Assembly (NCBI GenBank): GCA_017453725.1
Contig: JAFTEJ010000004.1
Span: 711 to 64,710, forward strand
Reading direction: 5' to 3'
Length of the DNA stretch: 64,000 bases
Origin: Clostridia bacterium
Lineage (GTDB): Bacteria > Bacillota > Clostridia > Oscillospirales > RGIG8002
Shown piece by piece: positions 1 to 7,536 of this stretch. Below the pieces are notes generated by a model. It saw nothing but the letters and a program-made list of their open reading frames with translations, was not told the DNA's origin and ran no database searches. The first letter of the stretch is position 1, and each line of letters opens with the position of its first letter. The translations under genes and the position numbers were made by a program.

Positions 1-414
1 TCGGCGTTCTTTTATATCTGCGGCAGGGACGCTCCCGCGCTGATGAAGCTCCCGACGCGATTAAAACGCGATATTTACGGCGTTTTCGGCGTTCTCGACT
101 CGCTGCCGCCGCCGAATAGAAGCGGCGTAAAACGCGCGATGAGCCGTTTCTCCGCCGCCGCGTTCGCTTCGGCGGCCGAAATTGCCGAAAAGCTTTACGG
201 AGCGCCGAGCGAACACGCCGCGCTATGCCGCGCTGTAACCGAAAGCGGAGAGCCCTACCGCGTATCCGACCTCGCCGTCAACGGCGCGGACCTGATCAAG
301 GCCGGCGTCCCCGAAAAAGAGATAGGCGCGGCGCTGGAACGCCTGCTCGACGCGGTTATCGACGCTCCCGAACTGAATGACCGCAAGTCTCTCATGGCAA
401 TAATAACGAAATAA
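1..414 (+). CDS. 3' end of a CCA-adding enzyme / tRNA nucleotidyltransferase-like gene (5' end outside window)
   Basis: Frame 1 is open from nt 1 with no stop before the listed ATG at 43; stop at 412-414. The tail ...VSDLAVNGADLIKAGVPEKEIGAALERLLDAVIDAPELN... resembles the C-terminal domain of Firmicute CCA-adding enzymes. This is recalled from memory, not searched. Confidence 0.45.
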   Translation, partial: SAFFYICGRDAPALMKLPTRLKRDIYGVFGVLDSLPPPNRSGVKRAMSRFSAAAFASAAEIAEKLYGAPSEHAALCRAVTESGEPYRVSDLAVNGADLIKAGVPEKEIGAALERLLDAVIDAPELNDRKSLMAIITK

Positions 415-464
415 TGCCGCAAACCTCCCCGACCCGTCATAGAATGGGATGAGGAGGTTTTGTT

Positions 465-1241
465 ATGTATAAAACAACCGATATAGCGGTCGTCGGAAGC
501 GACCCGCGCCTTTACTACTGCGTTGAGCGGCTGCGTTCAAAAGGAATACCCGCCGTTCAGTACGCCGAAAGCGCCATCCCGGACGGCGCAAGCTGCTACT
601 TATTCGCGCCCCCGTTTTCGGCTGCAAGGCTCACGAACACCGCTTTCGCAAAAAACGGAGCGACCGTCTTCGCCGGCGCCGCCGACGATGAGGCGAAAGC
701 TCTCATAACTTCGCGCGGAGCGGCGCTGATCGACTACTGCGAAAGCGAGTTTTTCGCCGCCGAAAACGCCGACCTGACGGCGGAAGCGGCGATAACTGTT
801 TACACCGGCGCTTCGGCAACCTCGCTTAAAGGCGCAAAAGTTCTCGTTTCCGGCTTCGGCAGGATCGGCAAGGCACTCGCGCCGCGCCTTCGCGCCTTCG
901 GCGCGGACGTGACCGCGTCCGCGAGAAAAATCGCCGATATAGAGCTTATCCGCGCCTGCGGCTGCACGCCGCTCGAAACGGCGGCGATACGCGGCGATTA
1001 CGACGTCATATTCAACACGGTACCCGCGAGGGTATTCACGCGGGATATAACCGACCGCACGAAAACCAAATACTATATCGAGCTCGCGTCCGCGCCTTTC
1101 GGTACAGAAAGCCAAGCCGTTTGGAGCGCCGGAACAAAGGTCATACGCGCTTCCGGACTGCCCGGAAAGGTGCTTCCCGTTTCCGCCGGAAGGCTTATCG
1201 CGGACGCGGTATGCACGATTCTTGAGGAGGCGCGAATATAA
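465..1241 (+). CDS. dpaA: dipicolinate synthase subunit A (SpoVFA)
   Basis: 258 aa. GAGGAGG RBS about 7 nt upstream of the ATG. NAD-binding motif KVLVSGFGRIGKALAPRL is typical of DpaA. It is directly followed by dpaB. Confidence 0.85.
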   Translation: MYKTTDIAVVGSDPRLYYCVERLRSKGIPAVQYAESAIPDGASCYLFAPPFSAARLTNTAFAKNGATVFAGAADDEAKALITSRGAALIDYCESEFFAAENADLTAEAAITVYTGASATSLKGAKVLVSGFGRIGKALAPRLRAFGADVTASARKIADIELIRACGCTPLETAAIRGDYDVIFNTVPARVFTRDITDRTKTKYYIELASAPFGTESQAVWSAGTKVIRASGLPGKVLPVSAGRLIADAVCTILEEARI

Positions 1242-1274
1242 TGGTAACAAACGTATACCGAAAGGAAATCCACT

Positions 1275-1850
1275 ATGGAAAAGATACGCGTCGGATTCGC
1301 GCTCTGCGGCTCTTTCTGTATGCTCCGCAAGACTCTCGAGCAACTGCCGCGGCTGACCGGATCCGGATTTGATATAATCCCGATAATGTCGGAAACCGCT
1401 TACAATACCGATACCCGTTTCGGCGCCGCCGGGGAGTTCAGAAGAATACTGACCGAGACAACGGGAAAGGAAATAATCCGCACGGTAGCTCAAGCGGAGC
1501 CGATAGGCCCGAAGAAGCTGCTCGATCTGCTAATCATCGCGCCCTGTACCGGCAACACGCTCGGCAAGCTCGCGGGCGGCATAACCGACACTGCGGTAAC
1601 GATGGCGGCAAAGGCGCACCTGCGAAATAAGCGGCCTTTGCTTATCGCCGTCTCGACAAACGACGCGCTCTCGGCGTCAGCGAAAAATATCGGCGTGCTG
1701 CTGAACACGAAAAACGTCTTCTTCGTCCCGATGAAGCAGGACGACCCCGAAAACAAGGAAACGTCCCTCGTCGCCGATATGAGCCTGCTTCTCCCCGCCT
1801 CCCTTGCCGCGCTTGAAGGCAGACAGCTTCAGCCGGTGCTTCAACAATAA
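1275..1850 (+). CDS. dpaB: dipicolinate synthase subunit B (SpoVFB, flavoprotein)
   Basis: 191 aa. N-terminus RVGFALCGSFCMLRK and IAPCTGNTLGKLAGGITD are flavoprotein/DpaB-like motifs. Gene order is dpaA-dpaB. Confidence 0.85.
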   Translation: MEKIRVGFALCGSFCMLRKTLEQLPRLTGSGFDIIPIMSETAYNTDTRFGAAGEFRRILTETTGKEIIRTVAQAEPIGPKKLLDLLIIAPCTGNTLGKLAGGITDTAVTMAAKAHLRNKRPLLIAVSTNDALSASAKNIGVLLNTKNVFFVPMKQDDPENKETSLVADMSLLLPASLAALEGRQLQPVLQQ

Positions 1851-1856
1851 TAACAA

Positions 1857-1882
1857 CGCCGGACCGCACTTGCGATCCGGCG
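1857..1882. terminator. hairpin between convergent dpaB and the AAA+ gene
   Basis: CGCCGGA (1857-1863) pairs with TCCGGCG (1876-1882) and is followed by ATTATTAT. It lies between two convergent stop codons. Confidence 0.45.
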
Positions 1883-1899
1883 ATTATTATATGAGGAGT

Positions 1900-3840
1900 T
1901 CAGAACCCTATTCGCTTTTTCTGCTCAAGCTTTTCGCTGAACTCTTTTTCGGAACTGGCAGCTATGAAATCATCCCTGGATAGGGCAATTCTGTTCACCC
2001 CGGCAAGCGACGCCCGAAGCGCCGCCTTCGACCAGGTGCGTTCGTAAAGATTGCGAACAAAACGCGCGTTCGCGAACTCGCGCGACGAAAGCAATTCATC
2101 CGACAGCGAGCGAAAATACTGATGCACTTCGTTTTCAAGCTCCGGCGTATAGTCAAAATGCTTCTTTACCATCAGCATAAATATGTCGAACAGCTGCTCC
2201 CGGGTATAATTTTCAAAAGTAATTGCATAAGGCATGCGGCTGCGCAGACCGGCGTTCCCTTTCATAAGCGTTTCCATATCGTCCGTGTACCCTGCCATTA
2301 TGACGAGCATATCATCCCTGTGATTCTCCATTTCGGAGATAAGCGTCGTCAGCGCTTCCTTGCCGTAATCATTGGTATGAGTGTCGTCCTGATACAGAGC
2401 GTACGCCTCGTCAATGAACAATACGGAGCCATATGAATCGCGGCAAACCGCGGCAGTCCTTGCCGCCGTCTGACCAACGTATTCGGCGCAGAGCGAACGA
2501 GCGGTGTACTCCATAAACGCACCCTTACGCAATAAGCCTTCCTCACGGAATATCTGTCCGATTATACGCGCGACGGTCGTCTTGCCGGTGCCGGGAGAAC
2601 CGATGAAACGCATATGTATACAAGGTCTGTCGAGACGTTCATCTGCTGCCGCGAGCTTCACCTGTGAAACGATCTCCTTGACGCGCTCGGCTATATTTTC
2701 CATACCTATCAGCTCATACAGCTGTTCGTATCCGTCTTTATCCTTTTTCTTGACGGCGGTAAAGCCGGAGACGTCGTCCGGCGAAATGGTCAAACGATCG
2801 ACGGCGTTACCTTTCGCTTCTTCCTCGGAATCATGCGCAGCCTTTTGAAGCACGATTTCCTGCGCTATCTTTTCGGCAGTCTTGAAACCGTAGAAACGCC
2901 CGTCGCGCTTCTCGGCGCGCACTCTTTCAAAGAATGTTTCCGCAAGAGATTCGCCCATATTGTATCCGTGCTTTTTCAGAACGTCGTAAAATCGTTCCGC
3001 AAGCACCGCATCGTGAAGCGGCGCTATCTGAACAGTCTTCAGTAAAGCAACGTCAGACAGAACTGAAGCGACGTCGTCAAGCGCTTTCTTCTCCAGAAAC
3101 GGAATGCGGAAAAAGAAGATATAATCATCCTGCATTACGTCAATACGTTTTATAAAAGAGCGAAGTTCGTCGAATTTCCCGTCGCCGAGGAAATAGCTGA
3201 TATCGAGGCCGATGACGTTATAAACATTGTTCGAGAGATTATCCCTGAGGTCATTGACGGTGTCCGCCGCACTGACAAAACCGTTCTCCGTCTCGGCGGC
3301 GAGCTTGTATTCGCAGTAGTTTTTCCGCTTCCCCTCCTTGTCATCGTCGTATACTTTCATACGGCTCAGATAATCCCCGAAAGAAGAAAGCATAGTTGTA
3401 AAACCGCAACCCGAGTCGATAGCGATAAGATAGTTTTGTCTGCGCAAAGCACCGAGCGCTCCCCTTTCACGGAGAAGCGGTATCTCAGACGCGAGCTCGG
3501 TAGTCATTTGCTGGTACGGAAGTATACCATAGTAGCCATTATATATCGCAGCCATAAGCTCCTTCACGTCGCCGCCGACATCCGGAGTTACAATAAAGCT
3601 AATATCCTCCGCGTTTTCCGGAAAGAGCTCATTCCATACGGACGAAAGATCCTCAATACACTTGCTTCGCGATTCGGCTTCAACGCGCAGCACACAGAAG
3701 GTGTAACGCAGCATCAGACGCCCAACCGCCATTCTTTCACGCAGCAACGCGTAATAATCGTCAAGCTGATTCCCGCCCGAGACTATACAATCGTATGCAA
3801 ATGAATTACTCAGATTCGCACGAACAATAAACGCCTGCAT
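1900..3840 (-). CDS. long SpoVK/CbxX-family AAA+ ATPase
   Basis: The ORF runs 1900..3855. The second ATG (3840) has a GAGG RBS about 7 nt upstream. C-terminal AAA+ module: Walker A GSPGTGKTTVARIIG, Walker B VLFIDEAYAL, and LVIMAGY...LRSRMPY as in the SpoVK/CbxX family. The ~400-aa N-terminal region is unassigned. Confidence 0.75.
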   Translation of the reverse strand: MQAFIVRANLSNSFAYDCIVSGGNQLDDYYALLRERMAVGRLMLRYTFCVLRVEAESRSKCIEDLSSVWNELFPENAEDISFIVTPDVGGDVKELMAAIYNGYYGILPYQQMTTELASEIPLLRERGALGALRRQNYLIAIDSGCGFTTMLSSFGDYLSRMKVYDDDKEGKRKNYCEYKLAAETENGFVSAADTVNDLRDNLSNNVYNVIGLDISYFLGDGKFDELRSFIKRIDVMQDDYIFFFRIPFLEKKALDDVASVLSDVALLKTVQIAPLHDAVLAERFYDVLKKHGYNMGESLAETFFERVRAEKRDGRFYGFKTAEKIAQEIVLQKAAHDSEEEAKGNAVDRLTISPDDVSGFTAVKKKDKDGYEQLYELIGMENIAERVKEIVSQVKLAAADERLDRPCIHMRFIGSPGTGKTTVARIIGQIFREEGLLRKGAFMEYTARSLCAEYVGQTAARTAAVCRDSYGSVLFIDEAYALYQDDTHTNDYGKEALTTLISEMENHRDDMLVIMAGYTDDMETLMKGNAGLRSRMPYAITFENYTREQLFDIFMLMVKKHFDYTPELENEVHQYFRSLSDELLSSREFANARFVRNLYERTWSKAALRASLAGVNRIALSRDDFIAASSEKEFSEKLEQKKRIGF

Positions 3841-4033
3841 TTCTACGCCTCGCATTCATATCCAGTATATCATTATTCTATCACAACATCTTATTTATTA
3901 CAAGTTCTTTTCGCAAGCGAACGTATTATTGTCGCACGCATCAAAAACTGTTGCACCGCACACAGATGTGTGATAGAATATCATAATGATAATAAGCAAG
4001 CGTGACTTTCGCCGCCGAAGAGGAAGTGAAATA

Positions 4034-5755
4034 ATGGGTAAATCAGAAGATAAGCGCTGTATCAAGTCTAAAGCGGATAGTATAAAGCTATCGCCGATTG
4101 CTCCGATCGCGGTCTTCTTTCTGTCATTTTTATCAGTCGGCCTGTTCCATGAAGTTCATTCCGCCGTCTTTTCAGCCGCTCTTTGCGTTATTATAACTAT
4201 AACTGCCGTAAAGAAGAAGGAGCTGACGATATATATTAATCCAGCTTCGGTTTCGGTATTTTTAATATCGGCATCTTATCTGCTCGTTACGTTATGGGCA
4301 AACGATAAAGGCGAAGCGTTGATCGGGTTCTTTAAGTTCCTTCCCGCTCTGCTGTTCATGATACTGATAATGCAGTATGAAGGCATTAAAGATAAGCTGC
4401 TTGAACTCTTACCGCATTTCGCCGCGGGTTCCGTTATCGTTACCGCTTTGCTTATGCAAATACCGCCGCTGAAAAGCTATTTCAGCGTTGCCGGACGTCT
4501 TTCCGGCTTCTTCGAATACCCGAACACCTTCGCTTTATTCACGCTTATTGCGCTGCTGATCATCCTGACAAAGAAAGAAATCGACATAACCGGTTATATC
4601 GAATGCGCCGTGCTGACGTTCGGTATCATCTATTCGGGAAGCCGATTCATATTTGTTTTGTCAGTCATTTCGGTTTTTCCCGCGCTTTTTATAAACCGCG
4701 GAAAAAAGAAAACTTTGTTTTCCCTGCTTTCCGTCGGCATACCCGCCGTCGGGCTCATAACATACGGTCTGATTGCCGGCAGACTTGATTCGCTTACGCG
4801 ATTTCTTTCAACTTCATTCGAATCAAGCTCACTGCTGGGCAGGGTCCTGTATTGGATAGACGCGCTTCCGGAGATACTGTCGCATCCGTTCGGCCACGGC
4901 TATCTTAACTATTATCTTACGCAAAGCACGTTCCAGAGCGGCGTATACTCTGTGCGGTATATGCACAACGACGTCCTGCAATTCGCGTTCGACATCGGCT
5001 GGATACCCGCTCTGTTTTTTATTTCGCTCTTATTTTATCATGTCTTCAGGAAAGCAAGCAAACACGAAACAAGACTGATACTGGCTGTTTTCTTCGCTCA
5101 TCTTCTTTTTGATTTTGATATTCAGTTTACGGCCATGTTTATGCTGCTGATTCTTTTTCTCGATACGGAATCCGGAAAAACGGTCACTCTCGAAAATGTT
5201 TTTACTACGAGAATACTGCCCGTAACTCTGGCGTTGATAAGCGTGTATATCATGTCTTCACTCGCCTTTTCCCTCGCCGGCAATCACGCAGCTGCGGCAA
5301 AAATATATCCTGCAAATACAGAGAATAACGTCAATATGATGTTGGAAGCGAATGAAAACGACAAAGAAGCGATTGCGGACAGAATAATAGCCTCAAACAG
5401 TGAAGTATACTCCGCGTACATGGTGAAAGCGACGGCGAGCTTTTCAAAGGGCGATTTCCTCGAGGTTATAAAAAACGGTAAAAAAGCGCTTGAACTCGCG
5501 CCGTATGATTACGAACAGTACACCTATCTTTCATCCATGCTGATATACGGCGTATCGCTGTACGAACAGAACGGAGATATTAGCAGCGCCGACTATTGCA
5601 GGCGCTCAGTAATTGAAATTGCCGATATGTATCAAAAGGCAAAAACCGGACTTCATCCGATCGCTTACAAGATCGACGATTCTTTCAAAGAATCGCTGCC
5701 GGAAGACCTTGAAGCGGTTATTGCCGAGTATAAACACGATCTATCAGGCAACTGA
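4034..5755 (+). CDS. O-antigen ligase/polymerase (Wzy_C)-like polytopic membrane protein with a TPR-like C-terminal tail
   Basis: The ORF runs 3986..5755. The ATG at 4034 is preceded by GAGGAAGTG. The protein has many hydrophobic helices. The motif GHGYLNYYL...YMHNDVLQFAFDIGW is typical of the O-antigen-ligase family. The last ~170 aa are helical-repeat-like. Confidence 0.7.
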   Translation: MGKSEDKRCIKSKADSIKLSPIAPIAVFFLSFLSVGLFHEVHSAVFSAALCVIITITAVKKKELTIYINPASVSVFLISASYLLVTLWANDKGEALIGFFKFLPALLFMILIMQYEGIKDKLLELLPHFAAGSVIVTALLMQIPPLKSYFSVAGRLSGFFEYPNTFALFTLIALLIILTKKEIDITGYIECAVLTFGIIYSGSRFIFVLSVISVFPALFINRGKKKTLFSLLSVGIPAVGLITYGLIAGRLDSLTRFLSTSFESSSLLGRVLYWIDALPEILSHPFGHGYLNYYLTQSTFQSGVYSVRYMHNDVLQFAFDIGWIPALFFISLLFYHVFRKASKHETRLILAVFFAHLLFDFDIQFTAMFMLLILFLDTESGKTVTLENVFTTRILPVTLALISVYIMSSLAFSLAGNHAAAAKIYPANTENNVNMMLEANENDKEAIADRIIASNSEVYSAYMVKATASFSKGDFLEVIKNGKKALELAPYDYEQYTYLSSMLIYGVSLYEQNGDISSADYCRRSVIEIADMYQKAKTGLHPIAYKIDDSFKESLPEDLEAVIAEYKHDLSGN

Positions 5756-5771
5756 TACATTTATAAAACAC

Positions 5772-5803
5772 AAACAGACCGCCGTTAAAACGGCGGTCTG
5801 TTT
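5772..5803. terminator. bidirectional rho-independent terminator
   Basis: A perfect 10-bp stem CAGACCGCCG/CGGCGGTCTG (5775-5784 / 5791-5800) with loop TTAAAA, flanked by AAA on the 5' side and TTT on the 3' side. It lies between the ligase-like gene stop and the tRNA 3' end. Confidence 0.7.
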
Positions 5804-5806
5804 GTG

Positions 5807-5883
5807 TGGTCGGAGTGACGGGACTTGAACCCACGGCCTCTTGGTCCCGAACCAAGCGCTCTACCAAACTGAGCTACACCCCG
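5807..5883 (-). tRNA. tRNA-Pro: tRNA-Pro (anticodon CGG), CCA encoded
   Basis: The reverse complement reads CGGGGUGUAGCUCAGUUUGGUAGAGCGCUUGGUUCGGGACCAAGAGGCCGUGGGUUCAAGUCCCGUCACUCCGACCA. It has a 7-bp acceptor stem, a D-loop AGCUCAGUUUGGUAGAGC, an anticodon stem CUUGG/CCAAG with loop UUCGGGA, and a T-arm GGGUUCAAGUCCC. Confidence 0.9.
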
Positions 5884-5912
5884 ATCGGCCGTTGCGTGAC
5901 GCAACAGTTGAT

Positions 5913-5941
5913 ATTATGACAAATTTGAAACAAAAAGTCAA
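5913..5941 (-). promoter_or_regulatory. sigma-A-type promoter for tRNA-Pro
   Basis: On the minus strand: TTGACT (5941-5936), a 17-nt spacer, then CATAAT (5918-5913), about 30 nt upstream of the tRNA 5' end. Confidence 0.45.
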
Positions 5942-6054
5942 GTGGTTTTTCTATTTTTTCGAAAAAGCGTAAAGAGTTTTCTCTCCGGCTCCCGCTGTTT
6001 TTCAAAAAAGCGCGGATGTTTCGGGAGTTTTCGCACACTCGGCGCGATTATTCC

Positions 6055-6083
6055 TTGAACTTACATGCAAAAGGTGCTATAAT
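6055..6083 (+). promoter_or_regulatory. sigma-A-type promoter of the CDF transporter gene
   Basis: TTGAAC (6055-6060), a 17-nt spacer, TATAAT (6078-6083), with TG at 6075-6076 (extended -10). Confidence 0.55.
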
Positions 6084-6107
6084 CACCTCATATCGGAGGT
6101 GTCGCTC

Positions 6108-7277
6108 ATGACGGCTTTGCTTTCAAGATTATTCATAAAGGACAGAGACAACGTCGCTTCCCCGAAGGTCAGAGGAGCATACGGTATGCTTTTCGGCGCG
6201 GTAGGGATATTCCTCAATATAATACTCTTCGGTTTCAAGCTCGCCGCCGGACTGATAAGCGGCTCCATCGCGATAACCGCGGACGCGCTCAACAACATCG
6301 CGGACAGCGGTTCATCCGCGGTGACCCTCATCGGCTTCAAGCTCGCCGGGAAGAAGCCCGATCCGACGCATCCTTTCGGTCACGGAAGGATGGAATATAT
6401 ATCCGGCCTCATTGTTTCCATGGCGATACTGCTGATGGGGTTCGAGCTCGGGATTACGTCCGTACAAAAGATCTTCAACCCGAGCGATATAGATTTCAGC
6501 GTTATCATCATAATAATTCTCGCTGTCTCGATACTCGTAAAGCTCGCTATGTTTTTCGACGGCCTGCACACAGCAAAGCTCATTGACTCCCCCGCGATCA
6601 AAGCGACTGCAAAAGACAGCGTTAACGACGCCGTGACGACGACCGTCGTGCTCATCAGCACCGTTCTTTCGCACTTCACCGACTTCAACGCGGACGCTTG
6701 GGGCGGCTGCATCGTCGCGCTTTTCATACTCTACTCCGGCTTCGGAGCGGCAAAAGACACTATAAGTCCCCTGCTCGGACAGAAGCCGGACGAAGCCCTC
6801 GTTAAAAGCATAAACGCCATCGTGCTGTCGAGTCCGGCGGTGCTCGGAGTTCACGATCTGATCGTTCACGACTACGGACCCGGCAGAATGATAGTCTCCC
6901 TCCACGCCGAGGTTTCCGCTTCAGCCGACATACTCGAAACGCACGATATAATAGATAACATCGAACGCGAACTCGCCGAAAAGCTCGGCTGCCACGCCGT
7001 TATTCATATGGACCCGATCGTCACGGACGATGACTCGGTAGCGGAAACGCGGGACAAGGTCGCCGCGCTGCTGAAGGAGCATATCGACGCGAGACTGAGC
7101 ATCCACGATTTCAGAATGGTCGTCGGGCCGACGCACACCAATCTGATTTTCGACGTCGTAGTGCCGTTCGATATAAAGATCAGCGACGGCGAGCTCGAGC
7201 GCGAAATCAGCGTCCTGATAAAGACGCTTGACGAAAACTACTTTGCCGTCGTCGACTTCGACAGAGCTTACGCGTGA
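6108..7277 (+). CDS. cation diffusion facilitator (CDF) family metal efflux transporter
   Basis: The listed ORF starts at GTG 6099. The ATG at 6108 sits 8 nt after GGAGG. The protein has six TM helices, the motif SIAITADALNNIADSGSS, HPFGHGRMEY, and a C-terminal cytoplasmic domain (HDLIVHDYGPGRMIVSLH). Confidence 0.85.
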   Translation: MTALLSRLFIKDRDNVASPKVRGAYGMLFGAVGIFLNIILFGFKLAAGLISGSIAITADALNNIADSGSSAVTLIGFKLAGKKPDPTHPFGHGRMEYISGLIVSMAILLMGFELGITSVQKIFNPSDIDFSVIIIIILAVSILVKLAMFFDGLHTAKLIDSPAIKATAKDSVNDAVTTTVVLISTVLSHFTDFNADAWGGCIVALFILYSGFGAAKDTISPLLGQKPDEALVKSINAIVLSSPAVLGVHDLIVHDYGPGRMIVSLHAEVSASADILETHDIIDNIERELAEKLGCHAVIHMDPIVTDDDSVAETRDKVAALLKEHIDARLSIHDFRMVVGPTHTNLIFDVVVPFDIKISDGELEREISVLIKTLDENYFAVVDFDRAYA

Positions 7278-7286
7278 GGTGTTGAT

Positions 7287-7475
7287 ATGACCGAAAAAGC
7301 AAAACGCGTCGGCGAACGCTTCACTTCGCTTGTGCGTGAGGGAAAAATCGAAAACGCCGTCGCGTTTTTCGAACGCGAAGCGGTATTCGGGGATAACGAA
7401 AGCGCCGTCCGCCCGGAAATACGCAATCCCCGCACACCTCCGATGAACGAGCTTTACAAAGGAATAAAAGACTGA
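7287..7475 (+). CDS. small hypothetical protein (62 aa)
   Basis: GAGGTG RBS 5 nt upstream of the ATG, 10 nt after the CDF stop. I recognise no family. Confidence 0.3.
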   Translation: MTEKAKRVGERFTSLVREGKIENAVAFFEREAVFGDNESAVRPEIRNPRTPPMNELYKGIKD

Positions 7476-7484
7476 CAAAAACGC

Positions 7485-7517
7485 AAGCGCCCGAAGGAGC
7501 AAAGCCTTCGGGCGCTT
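7485..7517. terminator. strong terminator closing the long minus-strand block (also follows the + strand CDF operon)
   Basis: A 13-bp perfect stem AAGCGCCCGAAGG/CCTTCGGGCGCTT with a 7-nt loop. On the minus strand it is followed by GCGTTTTTG. Confidence 0.7.
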
Positions 7518-7536
7518 GATTATGCCGTTATTGTTA

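Noticed and set aside
5756-6098. A possible integrated mobile element at tRNA-Pro.
   Set aside because: I found no integrase, transposase or duplicated tRNA 3' segment. Only the compositional anomaly of the neighbouring genes remains, and that is reported separately with low interest.
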